A DNA stretch of 64,000 nt from contig CM075990.1 of assembly GCA_038087875.1 (NCBI GenBank), positions 248,001-312,000 of the forward strand. The letters are read 5' to 3'. The stretch is from Malacoraja senta (taxonomy: Eukaryota). The notes under the pieces are model-generated. The model was not told the DNA's origin, made no database searches, and was given only the letters and a program-made list of their open reading frames with translations. A program made the translations under genes and the position numbers. Positions 1-11,560 of this stretch are shown one piece after another. Positions within the stretch are counted from its first letter, which is position 1; the number at the start of each line of letters is the position of its first letter.

Positions 1-752
1 TGTCATCATTTGACACCATTTTGAGTGTACATTGATGACACAAAAGTAGAGATTGTTGAAAGCTTTAAGTTCCCAGGAGTAAGTATCACCAGAAATTTGC
101 ACCAACCCATATTGGAGCAACGACCAAGAAAGCACACCAATGGCTCTACTTCCTTAGAAGGCTGAGGAAGTTTGGCATGTCCCCAACAACTGCCACCAAC
201 TTTTACAGATGCTCCATATAAAGCATTTTATCAGGGTACGTCACAGCTTGTTTTGGGAGCAACTCCATCCAAGACCGCAAGAAATTGCAGAGAACTGTGG
301 ACGCAGCCCAGACCATCACACAAACCAACCTCCCTTCCATTAACTACATTTACACTTCACGCTGCCTCGGCAAGGCCAGCAGCACAATTAAAGACGAGTC
401 TCACTCCCTCTTCTCCCCTCTGCCATCAGGCAAGTGGTACAGAAGTGTGAAAACGCACACCTCCAGATTCAGGGACTTTCACCCCAACTGTTATCAGGCA
501 ACTGAAACATCCAAGCAACAACAAGAGAGAGACGTCCTGGGCTACCATCTACCGCACTGGAGACTCTTGGACTATCTTTAATCAGACTTTACTGGACTTT
601 ATCTTGCACTAAATGTTATTCCCTTTATCATGTATCTGTACACTGTGGATGGCTCAATTGTAATCATGTATCATCTTTCTGCTGACTGGTTAGCATGCAA
701 CAAATGCTCTTCACTGCACCTTTGCACATGTGACAATAAACTAAACTAATCT
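1..752 (+). mobile_element. Rex1/Babar-like non-LTR retrotransposon, degraded 3' fragment
   Basis: Broken frames give RT C-terminal motifs (KKAHQWLYFLRRLRKFG; LPSGKWYRSVKTHTSRF). The 3' end has GTGACAATAAA and a (CTAAA)n tail. Confidence 0.75.
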
Positions 753-981
753 AAAATAGTAAGATTGAAAGAGAACTTGCCAGTTTGAAGTTTGATCTAT
801 ATTTTATGAGGAGTTACGATGAGCGATTACGTGAAGAAGAAGGCCGTCAGCACACATGCGCGTCAATCTTCAAAGCAGTGGTGTGAAATCACAGATAACA
901 GTTGTTGAACTAACATAGTAAGATTAGAGATGACTAGAACTACCAGATAATCTTTATGATACGAGGGTTGGAAGCGGTGGG

Positions 982-1095
982 CACGTAATCGCTCATCGTA
1001 ACTCCTCATAAAATAAAGATCAAACTTCAAACTGGCAAGTTCTCGTTTAATCTTACTATTTTACTTCGGAGTCACGTGAGTGACTAAGTGAAGAT
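982..1095. repeat. DIRS internal complementary region (ICR), copy 1
   Basis: 982-1062 is the reverse complement of 753-833, and 1059-1095 is the reverse complement of about 5603-5638. The two halves join at TTTT. Confidence 0.92.
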
Positions 1096-1278
1096 TTTGA
1101 AGCTCTGTGATTTCATGCCGTGGATATGAGTCCGTGCGTCACACACTGCATCAGTTGACCAGGATGAGTGAAAATAATTAATGCATTCAGACATGACATA
1201 GACAAAAAATGCTGATGCTTTAATAATCAAAGAAAATAATAGTGACCTCTCCCCCAGGGGGAAACTATAAAACAGAAC

Positions 1279-2189
1279 TTAAAATAGAATTAGCAAAAGC
1301 CCCGGTCTGGCGATAGGTTTGTTATAAAAGCTTTGGTACGTCAGTTCATTAGACCATCCTGCAGCCACTAGAATGTGGTCGAGAGGGACGTCCATATCCC
1401 TCGCTGCTGACGTAGATGCAGCCCTGGTGGAATGAGGTTTAAAAGTGTCAGTGTCCACTCCTGCACATGCCAGAACCTGTTTTATCCATCTTGAAATGGT
1501 CTGTACTGTAACCTTCCTATGAGGTTTTGTGTAGATGATGAATAAAGATAATTCCGAGCCTCTGAGGCTCTCAGTGACCTTAATGTATTGTAGTATTGTG
1601 TAACTACACACAACCGTAGGTCTAAGGGGTATGCCATAAAAAATAATTTGAGCCCCGACACCCCTGGTCTGCTCTGCTTAATTAAATCATAAACAAAAAA
1701 GGTAATATTGTCAAAAGATGTAACCATGCTGTCCAGTCTTAGTTTATTTAACGTCTGGACCAGTTACGCTGAAACCAGCGCCATGAGCATGACTACCTTA
1801 AGAGTGAGATGAGGCAGAGATAGCGATGAAGCTGGAGCCCACTGGCGAAGCAGCGTGAGAACCACGCTCACATCACATATCTGCGAATATCGGGGCCTAG
1901 GGGGAGTGGAGTTAAAAATGCCCTTCATAAATCTTGTTATTAAGGGGTGAGATCCGACAGTGTGGTTCCCTGACCCCAGCCATAAGTAAGATGATAAAGC
2001 GCTCCTAGCACTATTAATGGCACTATAACTGAGTTTCTGGTCGTAGAACAGTGTAGAAAGGAAGTCCAAAACATCCGTAATGGAAGCCGTGTCATACGAA
2101 ATTTTCAAGAGAGAGCAGTACATCTCCCATTTCCTTATATGAGTGATGTACTGTTTCTGGGTACTCTTCCTCCAGGCCGCAGTGATCAC
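1279..2189 (-). pseudogene. DIRS tyrosine recombinase (frameshifted, split over ORFs 1764-2189, 1482-1727, 1279-1611)
   Basis: N-terminal integrase core-binding region (LSYSAINSARSALS, HPLITRFMKG). Catalytic-type motifs FKPHSTRAAS (HxxR) and AAGWS...FY. Confidence 0.93.
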
Positions 2190-2233
2190 ATCTACCGTAC
2201 GATCTGAAAGTCCGAGCCCCAGGAACGGTCTCC

Positions 2234-2644
2234 TCAGAACATGGAAACCAATAAATTGATTCGGTCATGTAGAGGATGGTTTTCCCCTGTCACAGGATGA
2301 ACCAGCAGATTCCTGCTATTGGGGACAGCCATAAAAGGCTGTGTAATCATACCTAGGATGAGTGGGAACCAATGCTGTGTAGGCCAGTCTGGTATTACCA
2401 ATATGCCAGAAGCAGAGTCTTGCTTGATCTTGGCCAAGCACCGACTTATGAGGCAAAATGGGGGAAAGGCATACAAGAACTTTCCACCCCAGTGTAGTGA
2501 GAAAGCATCTACTGCCACTGCCCCTGGGTCTGGTTCCCATGAAACGTAATTAGGTAACTGGTGATTTAGTCTAGATGCAAACAAGTCGATATCCGTTATG
2601 CCATACCGAGCGACAATGTCGTTAAACACTTCATGGTTCAACAT
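2234..2644 (-). pseudogene. DIRS methyltransferase-like (N6-adenine MTase-like) domain
   Basis: DIDLFASRLN...DAFSLHW...YAFPPF...VIPDWPTQHWF, directly downstream of RNase H as known for DIRS1-group elements. Confidence 0.85.
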
Positions 2645-2647
2645 CCA

Positions 2648-4237
2648 TTATTTGTTGTCATTGAATTCCCGTGACCTGGTGTCCACCACTGTGTTATATT
2701 TACCTGGTAAGTAGATAGCTGAAACCCAGATGTTTCTCGTAATACACCAGTGCCAAATAAGGTTAGACAATTTAACACAGGATACAGACTTAATTCCACC
2801 CATGTGATTAATGTATGCCACCGCTGTAGTTTTGTCAATCTGAAGTTGAACATGCACATGTTGCATATTGCTACAATAACCTTTAGCCCATAGAGTGCTC
2901 CCAACAACTATAAGTAGTTAATACCATGTGGCTGAAGAATTAATGATTCCTGCATATTCCATCTGCCACCGCAGCTTGAAACGGTATTGGTAGCACCCCA
3001 TCCTAGAGCACTAGCATCAGTTTGTAGGATAACTGATGGTGTATCAACTAAAATTGTATTGGAGCAATGCCGAACATTGGTCACCCACCATTGTAACTCA
3101 GCAATGGCTTCAGCTGGCAACCGCATAGGTCTACCGAAGTGACCTTTATGAAGTTTGAATGCCTGCTCCTTTGCACGTTTTAAGTTTTGGTAGTGCAAAG
3201 GCCCGAACCGAGCAGCTGGGAAAGCAGCCACTAATTTGCCAATTATACTAGCCGCATGTCTAATAGAAGGTTGGTCCTTAACAATGAGATTGTCACAGGC
3301 TTCAATTAATTCTAATTGCTTGCCCCTAGGCTGAGTCACAGACATGTGAATAGAATTAATGGTGAATCCCAAATAATCAATTACTCTAGATGGTACCAAT
3401 TTGGATTTAACTGGATGGATGAGGAACCCCAATCTCTCAAACATGAGTTTGGTAGCTGACACAGATAATTCAGCTAATTTCATAGTTTTCCCTATGATAA
3501 GGATGTCATCCAAGTATGCCATGACAATATGATTCTGTGCCCCGAGTAGCCCCAGGACTGGTTTTTAGCAATTTAGTGAATAATCTGGGGGCTGAGGTTA
3601 CCCATTAGGCAATGCTTTAAACTGCCACAATTGCCCCATCCAGCTAAACTTCAAATATCTCCAGTGATCACCATGAATGGCCACTGAAAAAGTATGCATC
3701 TTTGAGGTAGATGCATGCCATATAACATCCTTTGGAAACCAGTTGTTTGGCAGTAACAAAGTTTTCCATTTTGAAGTGTTTATACTGCACAAAGGTGTTA
3801 AGCTCAGTCAAGTCAAGGATGATTCGGCATCCTCCATCCTTCTTTTGCTTAGTAAATATATTGGACACAAATTGGTGAGGCTCATGACACGACATCTCAA
3901 TTACCCCTTTTTTGTGTAAAGATTCAAATTCAGCTTGCGCATCCGCACACTCCTGTTGTGAAAGAACAAATGTGCGGTTTGGTGTATGCTGTGTGGCTGG
4001 AGGCGAATTGAGAAGGAACTCAATTTAGAAACCTTGTATATTGTGCAGTATAAACGGATCTGAAGTTATCCAATGCCATTCATTCAAGAAAAATTGTAAT
4101 CTCCCCGCAACTTGTAACTGATCCATAGACAATGTGTTCCGCAAACAACCAGACTCACTTACCTCAATGGTTATTGGCGGTATGGTGTTAGTTTCTGCCC
4201 CCGAGGTCTGGGGGGTAGGACTGTTGGAGGGTGCCAT
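2648..4237 (-). pseudogene. DIRS reverse transcriptase and RNase H (several frameshifts)
   Basis: KKDGGCRIILDL, FKME, LKDAY, ALPNG, AYLDDILI, YLGF; RNase H motifs TDASALGWGA and IDKTTAVAYINHMGG. Confidence 0.93.
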
Positions 4238-4356
4238 CCGCGCATCTTGAACGTGGGCCGGCTTGGGCCTAGCCCTAAAAAAGGCCTCTGTGCCTGTTGT
4301 TCGGACTTCCCACCATATTCGGCGGGCCGTCTGGTGTTGAGAGGAGCATAGGGGTG

Positions 4357-5417
4357 CTACCGCCGGAAAGATGAGGTTTTGAAAGATGTTGGGACCTTCA
4401 TAAGCCCGAATGCTTTAGCCTCATCATCCAGCTCCTTGACCTGCTTTGGCAGGTCTTCCCTGAACAGGAGGTTTGGTGGTTGGATGTTCCCGGCCTTGCA
4501 CAATGCTGCAAATTTGGGGTTCAGAGCAGGACGGATGGCATTCTTTTGCAGACAATTGATCTCAAAATGTGCATTGCACATTAATGCAATGGCGTCCTGC
4601 TAAAAATCTGAGAGTGGCCCCCCATCCACCGACTTGATGGATGGGGGGCCATCCGACCGACCAAGGCCGTGATGCCTGAGGCGAGCAATCTTAATATTGT
4701 TTGTAATTTTACCTCCTGGGCTCCAATGTAACCCCAGATGGAGTGATTTACCGCCGGGACATTCAATGAGGCACAGTTTGCAGGGGTATGGTATTTGGTG
4801 GTGGTTTCCTCCATGGCCTGATCTTGGAGCTGGTGAGAGGTCAGGTAATTATTGCTCTTGGCAAGATCCTCTCCCAGCGGTTCCCCTGTTAGGGACGGTA
4901 TAGCAAATTTGGATGCCATAGGGGGCACTTCTGAATCTTACCCTTCATGCCTGGAAGCATGCTCCCCAGCTGTGCCTCCGAACTCTGAGTCAGTGTAGAA
5001 CTGACCTCGTATACTCCCCTCCTCAGAGTGGGAGATATTGTGCAGCCCTGAGACAGGTACCGCTGCCGCGGGTTCTCCAGAATACCCGGGCTCAGATAGC
5101 TCCCTCCTTTGGAGCATATCACTTTGGAGCAACCTCTCCATTAGGTGCTCCATGTTGGTCAGTCACCCATAGATGCTGCCCATTGAAGGAGGAGAACCCT
5201 CCTGGCCCGACTCGTCCGAGTCCACAGGCCTGACAGCCTTCTTGGTGGCTTTCCTCCCCAACGGGGTAGCCAAGGTGCTTTCTATCGGCATCAAGTCTGT
5301 AGCCGCTGGCTCCACTGCCAGCGACCAGGAAGGCAAAATCGGCGGCCGCCCGCTACCCGCAGTCCTGCGGTCTTCAGTAGCCGGTTTCCCCGCGGCCTGC
5401 CTCTTCACCTTAGACAT
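4357..5417 (-). pseudogene. DIRS gag-like ORF1 (fragmented)
   Basis: Lies upstream of RT. Fragments such as PANCASLNVPAVN and RPALNPKFAALC are homologous to copy 2 (PGNCVLLKVPAVN, RPTINPKFAALC). Confidence 0.7.
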
Positions 5418-5645
5418 GATCTCCGCAAAGTTCGAATACTTTCTGTAACAGAGTAAATAAACCGGGAGCAACGACCTCAGAGAGAGTATAAGCACTTACC
5501 TGAGGGTTTTAAACTTACCGCTGGAAGGAGCGACGCGCCCGCCAGTCAGTCGTTGCGCAATGCGTTAGACATAATGACGCGCATGCGGGCTGACGGCCTT
5601 CTTCTTCACATAGTCAATCATGTGACTCCGAAGTAAAATATTAAG

Positions 5646-7973
5646 TAGAAACATAGAAACATAGAAAATAGGTGCAGGAGTAGGCCATTCGGCCCTTCGA
5701 GCCTGCACCGCCATTCAATATGATCATGGCTGATCATCCAACTCAGTATCCCGTACCTGCCTTCTCTCCATACCCCCTGATCCCTTTAGCCACAAGGGCC
5801 ACATCTAACTCCCTCTTAAATATAGCCAATGAACTGGCGAGTTCCAGAGATTCACCACTCTCTGTGTGAAAAAGTTTTTCCTCATCTCGGTCTTAAAGGA
5901 TTTCCCCCTTATCCTTAAGCTGTGACCCTTTGTCCTGGACTTCCCCAACATCGGGAACAATCTTCCTGCATCTAGCCTGTCCAACCCCATAAGAATTTTC
6001 TACGTTTCTATAAGATCCCCTCTCAATCTCCTAAATTCTAGCGAGTATAAGCCAAGTCTATCCAGTCTTTCTTCATATGAAAGTCGTGACATCCCAGGAA
6101 TCAGTCTAGTGAACCTTCTTTGCACTCCCTCTATGGCTATAATGTCCTTCCTCAGATTTGGAGACCAAAACTGTACGCAATACTCCAGGTGTGGTCTCAC
6201 CAAGACCCTGTACAACTGCAGTAGAACCTCCCTGCTCCTATACTCAAATCCTCTTGCTATGAAGGCCAACATACCATTCGCTTTCTTCACTGCCTGCTGC
6301 ACCTGCATGCCTACTTTCAATGACTGGTGTACCATGACACCCAGGTCTCGCTGCATCTCCCCATTTCCTAATCGGCCACCATGTAGATAATAGTCTGCTT
6401 TCCTGTTTTTGCCACAAAAGTGGATAACCTCACATTTATCCACATTATACTGCATCTGCCAAACATTTGCCCACTCACCCAGCCTATCCAAGTCACCTTG
6501 CAGTCTCCTAGCATCCTCCTCACAGCTAACACTGCCCCCCAGCTTAGTGTCATCTGCAAACTTGGAGATGTTGCCTTCAATTCCCTCATCCAGGTGATTA
6601 ATATAAATTGTAAATAGCTGGGGTCCCAGCACTGAGCCTTGCGGTACCCCACTAGTCACTGCCTGCCATTGTGAAAAGGACCCGTTTACTCCTACTCTTT
6701 GCTTCCTGTTTGCCAGCCAGTTCTCTATCCACATCAATACTGAACCACCAATACCGTGTGCTTTAAGTTTGTATACTAATCTCTTATGTGGTACCTTGTC
6801 GAAAGCCTTCTGAAAGTCCAGATACAACACATCCACTGGTTCTCCCCTATCCACTCTACTAGTTACTTCCTCGAAAAATTCTATAAGATTCGTCAGACAT
6901 GATTTACCTTTCGTAAATCCATGCTGACTTTGCCCAATGATTTCACCACTTTCCAAATGTGCTGCTATCCCATCTTTAATAACTGACTCTAGCAGTTTCA
7001 CCACTACCGATGTTAGACTAACTGGTCTGTAATTCCCCGTTTTCTCTCTCCCTCCCTTCTTAAAAAGTGGGGTTACGTTTGCTACCCTCCAATCCTCAGG
7101 AACTACTCCAGAATCTAAAGAGTTTTGAAAAATTATCAATAATGCATCCACTATTTCTGGAGCTACTTCCTTAAGTACTCTGGGATGCAGCCTATCTGGC
7201 CCTGGTGATTTATCGGCCTTTAATCCATTCAATTTACCCAACACCACTTCCCGACTAACCTGGATTTCACTCAGTTCCTCCATCTCCTTTGACTCCCCCT
7301 GCTATTTCCGGCAGATTATTTATATCTTCCTCAGTGAAGACGGAACCAAAGTAGTTATTCAATTGGTCCGCCATATCCTTGTTCCCCATGATCAATTCAC
7401 CTGTTTCTGACTGCAAGTGACCTACATTTGTTTTAACTAATCTCTTTCTCTTCACATATCTATAAAAACTTTTGCAGTCAGTTTTTATGTTCCCTGCCAG
7501 TTTCCTTTCATAATCTATTTTCACTTTCCTAATTAAGCCCTTTGTCCTCCTCTGCTGGTCTCTGAATTTCTCCCAGTCCTCTGGTAGGCTGCTTTTTCTG
7601 GCTAATTTGTACGCATCATCTTTTGCTTTGATATTATCCCTGATTTCCCTTGTTATCCACGGATGCACTACCTTCCCTGATTTATTCTTTTGCCAAACTG
7701 GGATGAACAATTTTTGTAGTTCATCCATGCAGTCTTTAAATGCCTTCCATTGCATATCCACCGTCAACCCTTTTAGAACTAATTGCCAGTCAATCTTGGC
7801 CAATTCACGTCTCATACCCTCAAAGTTACCTTTCTTTAAGTTCAGAACCATTGTTTCTGAATTAACAATGTCACTCTCCATCCTAATGAAGAACTCAACC
7901 ATATTATGGTCACTCTTGCCCAGGGGGGCACGCACAACAAGACTGCTAACTAACCCTTCCTCATTACTCAATA
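5646..7973 (-). mobile_element. CR1-clade LINE, 5'-truncated young copy
   Basis: ORF2 endonuclease tail (GKSDHNMV) plus RT. CR1-type 3' UTR with a (CTATGTTT)n tail at 5646-5670. Confidence 0.95.
6000..7283 (-). CDS. CR1 ORF2 reverse transcriptase domain (427-aa open segment)
   Basis: KSPGPD, NYRPVSLTS, QHGF, YLDFQKAFDKV, GVPQGSVLGP, KFADDTKL motifs are all intact. Confidence 0.93.
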   Translation of the reverse strand: MEELSEIQVSREVVLGKLNGLKADKSPGPDRLHPRVLKEVAPEIVDALLIIFQNSLDSGVVPEDWRVANVTPLFKKGGREKTGNYRPVSLTSVVVKLLESVIKDGIAAHLESGEIIGQSQHGFTKGKSCLTNLIEFFEEVTSRVDRGEPVDVLYLDFQKAFDKVPHKRLVYKLKAHGIGGSVLMWIENWLANRKQRVGVNGSFSQWQAVTSGVPQGSVLGPQLFTIYINHLDEGIEGNISKFADDTKLGGSVSCEEDARRLQGDLDRLGEWANVWQMQYNVDKCEVIHFCGKNRKADYYLHGGRLGNGEMQRDLGVMVHQSLKVGMQVQQAVKKANGMLAFIARGFEYRSREVLLQLYRVLVRPHLEYCVQFWSPNLRKDIIAIEGVQRRFTRLIPGMSRLSYEERLDRLGLYSLEFRRLRGDLIET

Positions 7974-8384
7974 ATTGCCTCAAGTAAAAGGCAAACTGTT
8001 GGAAGAACTCAAAGGGTCAGGTAGTATCTGTGGAGGGAAATAGACAGACGATGTTTCAGATCCAAACAACTTCCTCACACTCTTGTGTCTCCAGTTTATT
8101 GCTCTGCAGTCTCTTGCTTCTGCAATCTAAACTAATCCAATTTATCACCACTTAGCCCTTAGTTGACTATGCCTTGACAGTATGGGTGCTTGGTTTAAGA
8201 ATGTTTTCATTACACAATGCATTCAGCTCTGTTAGACTGGAGCAAGAAAAGCCAAAATACTGTAGATGCTGGAAATGTGAAATAAAAATAGAAAATACCA
8301 GAAACACTCAGCAGGTCAGACAACATCGGTGGAATGAGAAACAATTAGAGGTCAAAGACCATTTAACAGGTATTGATGACAGGT

Positions 8385-9351
8385 ATTGCATACCCAAGAT
8401 ATGCAAATAGTCGCCCACAAAGTTACATAGTACCCCGTGCAAGGTCCAACTTTGTTCTTCCCCCCCTCTCCTCCCTCATGGCAGTCCCTCAAAGCTGGGT
8501 CCTCCTTTGTTCCTTCCCCCGGAAGCGGCATCCTCACTTCCACGTGTCTGTCCTCGTCTGTCCGTCGGCCCCACCATCGACCGCCACACCGACCTCCACT
8601 ATAGCTGCCGGGTCCTCTCCGGACACCTCCATGGCACCGACCCAGGCCCCAGCCGCGGGCTCCACAGACCCAGGGGCCGTTGGTTACAGGCTTCGTCGAC
8701 CTGCGAAGCTCCACCTCCAACCCGCGAAGCCCCGATTTCTGCTTTCCAGCGGAACCGACGGGCTGAGCGGCCAGAAGGCTTCATGATGGGCCGCGACTGT
8801 GGTCTGGGAATGCGGCCGGAGGCCTTAATCGAGGCGCCGCTGTCTCGATGCCTCGCGGATCGCCAGGGCGAAGCGGCTGACGGAGCCCACGGCTGGGACC
8901 CGGGTCGGCTCCACGAAGGGGTGAAGTGAGGTCTCGGTGGCAGTGTAGCAGCAGCAGCGGTGAAGCCTCGCAACGATGGGGCCTCGGTGGTGGTGAAACC
9001 ACGCGGCGGCGGAGATGCCTCGCGGGTTGACCCGTGGTCGACAGTCGATTAGAGCGTGGAGATCCGCCGTGAGGGAGGAGGGGAAGAACAATGGAGGACC
9101 CGGCATGGGGGGGCCGCCGTGTTGGAGGTGGAGGGAGAACAATGGACAATAGGGCAGGAGGGGACAAAGGACAATGGGGACCAGGCGTGGGGGAATCGCT
9201 GTGGGGGGTGGGGTACAAAAGGGGGACCTGGCGTGTTTTGTAACTTTGTCAGCGCTCTAGGTGGCTGCTATTTGTATACATTGTGTGTGCAAGCAAAGAA
9301 TCTCACGGTGCCTAGTCACATGTGACAATAAAGTATTCCTATTCCTATTCC
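8385..9351 (+). mobile_element. GC-rich non-autonomous element with a LINE-like GTGACAATAAA 3' tail and an inverted partial left arm
   Basis: About 8385-8480 is an imperfect inverted copy of about 9220-9290. Tail is (CCTATT)n. A related copy lies at 12410-12720 (-). Confidence 0.55.
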
Positions 9352-9467
9352 ACCTCCGGAAGGCGATACTGACTGACCTGTGGAGTGCTTTCAGCATTGG
9401 CTGTTTTGATTCTTCACATCGGTATCACAAGCATGCACCAATCTCCTCAGTTAAATTCCCTCTCTTA

Positions 9468-9776
9468 AAACCCTGTCCCACGGTACGAGTTCATTCCAAG
9501 AGGTCTCCCGATTCGAACTCGGAGATTTAAGGTAATGGCCACTCATCGGTACTCGGGGCTCTCGTGGACATTTTTCATCATGTTGAAAAATCTTCACGAG
9601 TCTTCCCGTGTTTACCTGCCATTAGCGAGTCTTCCCGAGCACCTGCCGTTAGCGCTAAGAGATGTCCCCGAGCTCCGACGTACCCGCTACGTTAATTCTC
9701 CATGCTTACCACGAGTTTGATTTTTTTTAAACTCGGGATTGCTCTTGGAATTAACTCGTACCGTGGGACAGGGCTA
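9468..9776. mobile_element. PIF/Harbinger-like MITE
   Basis: TIR CCCTGTCCCACGGTACGAGTT at both ends; TTA TSD at 9465-9467 and 9777-9779. Confidence 0.8.
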
Positions 9777-10518
9777 TTAGTCTTCTGGCTGAGATTTGAG
9801 CGTTCTGACACAGAGCCAAGTCTGACAGCAGGTAATAAGCAACATATACAGCAATTTTAAAGTGTGTTGTCAGTACACAGACAGATGGCTTGTTATGGCC
9901 CAAGGTTTTAGTTGAGACAAATGCTTTCTCTGCAAAGGGAACTTGATTTAATCGTTCAGATCATTGAGATTTTGCTACAACTGTTACTGCTCACTGCTAC
10001 TTCAGCTCATTATGTCTCATGTTAATCCTACTGTCCACCCATAACATCAAGAGAGTTACCATTAGGGCACAAGCTCAACCACTAGAGCAATAGCATTGGG
10101 TTAGCAACACTTAACAATGACAGAAAAAAACAGAATCATTTAGTTGAACCACTTGAGATTTTATAACATATGACAGCTTCATTATTAATAAGTTTGAATT
10201 GGGCATAGGGAATATAGTTTAGATGTTTATGGGCAATAACAAAAATTGACAATGGTCTACTGAATGGTGAACATGATTGTAGCAGGTGGGCATGTACAAA
10301 TGAAGTGGCTTAATGTGGAAATGCAAAGTGATGCTCTTTGAGAGATCTTGTTGGACAGGAAGATTGACTTTGAGGGTTTAAAGAGCTAGCACTTCCTATG
10401 AATGCAAAGTTGCAAATCGTTGAATGTGGCAGGGCCAATTGATGAACTAATTAGATTATGCGCAGGATATGTGTGGGCAACAAACACAAAGCAAGGGAGT
10501 ACATTAACTGTTTTAGTT

Positions 10519-10821
10519 GAGTTTCGTTTAGAGACACAGAAACGGGCCCTTCAGCCCAGTGAGTCTACACCGACCAGCGATCCCCGCACATTAACACTAC
10601 CCTACACACACTAGGGACAATTTTACAATTACACCAAGCCAATTAAACTACAAACCTGGACGTCTATGGAGTGTGGGAGGAAACTGAAGAACTCGGAGAA
10701 AACTCACGCGGGTTACCAGGAGAATGTACAAACTCAGTACAGACAGCACCCATAGTCAGGATCGAACCCAGGTCTCTGGTGCTGTAAGGCAGCAATTCTA
10801 CCGCTGTGCCATCGTGCCGCC
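10519..10821 (-). mobile_element. tRNA-derived V-SINE (HE1-like)
   Basis: Pol III A/B-box head (GGCACAGCGG...GGTTCGATCC), V-domain-like core (GGTTTCCTCCCACACTCC) and a LINE-like tail. Confidence 0.8.
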
Positions 10822-11119
10822 CTCAAAGTGATGTTGAAGCGATGGGAGCAAGATGCAAAGGTTATTGGTCACTGTTCTTGCAGCTGACCCACCAACCACT
10901 GGGACCTAAAGGTCATCAGTTTCCTATACATTCCCTGGCTGGTACTCATCTCCTACCGGCAGCTCCTTCATATTGTCCATTCCCAAAGACCAAGGTGGAC
11001 ATCCTGCTGTGTGCCCGCGTGTGGAACCATCAGAATCATTTCACTGTGGCTCCATCTTGCTTCCCATCCTTGTCAATTTTGACCATGTTGGACAACTGTG
11101 ATCTGCTTAATCAGCACTT

Positions 11120-11560
11120 GTACATAGAACATAGAACAGAGCCATAACAGCACAGCAACAGGCCCTTCGACCACAAATCTGTGCCGAACATAATGCCAAG
11201 ACCAGTTCTTCCCTGCCTGCTCATTATCCATACCCTCCATTCCCTGCACATCCACATCTCTATCCAAAAGTCTCTTAAATGGACTTTTGCATCTGCCTCC
11301 CCACTACCTCGGCAGTATGTTCCAAGCACCCATCATCCTCTGTGTAAAAATCTTGCCCTGCACATCTCCATTAAACTTTACCCCTCTCACCTTAAAGTTA
11401 TGCCCTCTAATGTATGATATTTCTATCCAGAGAAAAAGGTTCTGACTGCCTGCACTATCTGTGCCTCTCATAATTGTATATACTTTTATCAGATCTCCCC
11501 TCAACTTCCAACGTTCCAGAGAAAACTGTTCCAATTTGATCAGACATAGCTTCTGCAAGC
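11120..11560 (-). mobile_element. CR1 3' fragment (old)
   Basis: Translates to SLERWKLRGDLIKVY; CR1 3' UTR and tail. Confidence 0.75.

Larger units (their letters stand above)
753..5638 (-). mobile_element. DIRS1-like tyrosine-recombinase retrotransposon, full length but with disrupted ORFs
   Basis: Minus-strand order gag, RT, RNase H, methyltransferase-like domain, tyrosine recombinase. 831-865 is inverted to 5575-5609, and an internal complementary region (982-1095) pairs with both ends. AAAA at both boundaries. Confidence 0.95.

Noticed and set aside
1279..3895. Integrase + methyltransferase + RT cluster as a prophage, retron or defence system
   Set aside because: Domain order and terminal/ICR structure are those of a known eukaryotic DIRS1 retrotransposon.
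7267..7300. Frameshift at the same linker position in both young CR1 copies, suggesting programmed frameshifting
   Set aside because: The indels differ between the copies and lie in G-runs, so slippage or assembly error is more likely.
8352..9325. Overlapping Pro/Arg/Gly-rich ORFs here and at 14709-15534, 39312-39955, 54647-55071, 58935-59353
   Set aside because: These are stop-poor GC-rich repeats, open in several frames on both strands, with no protein motifs.
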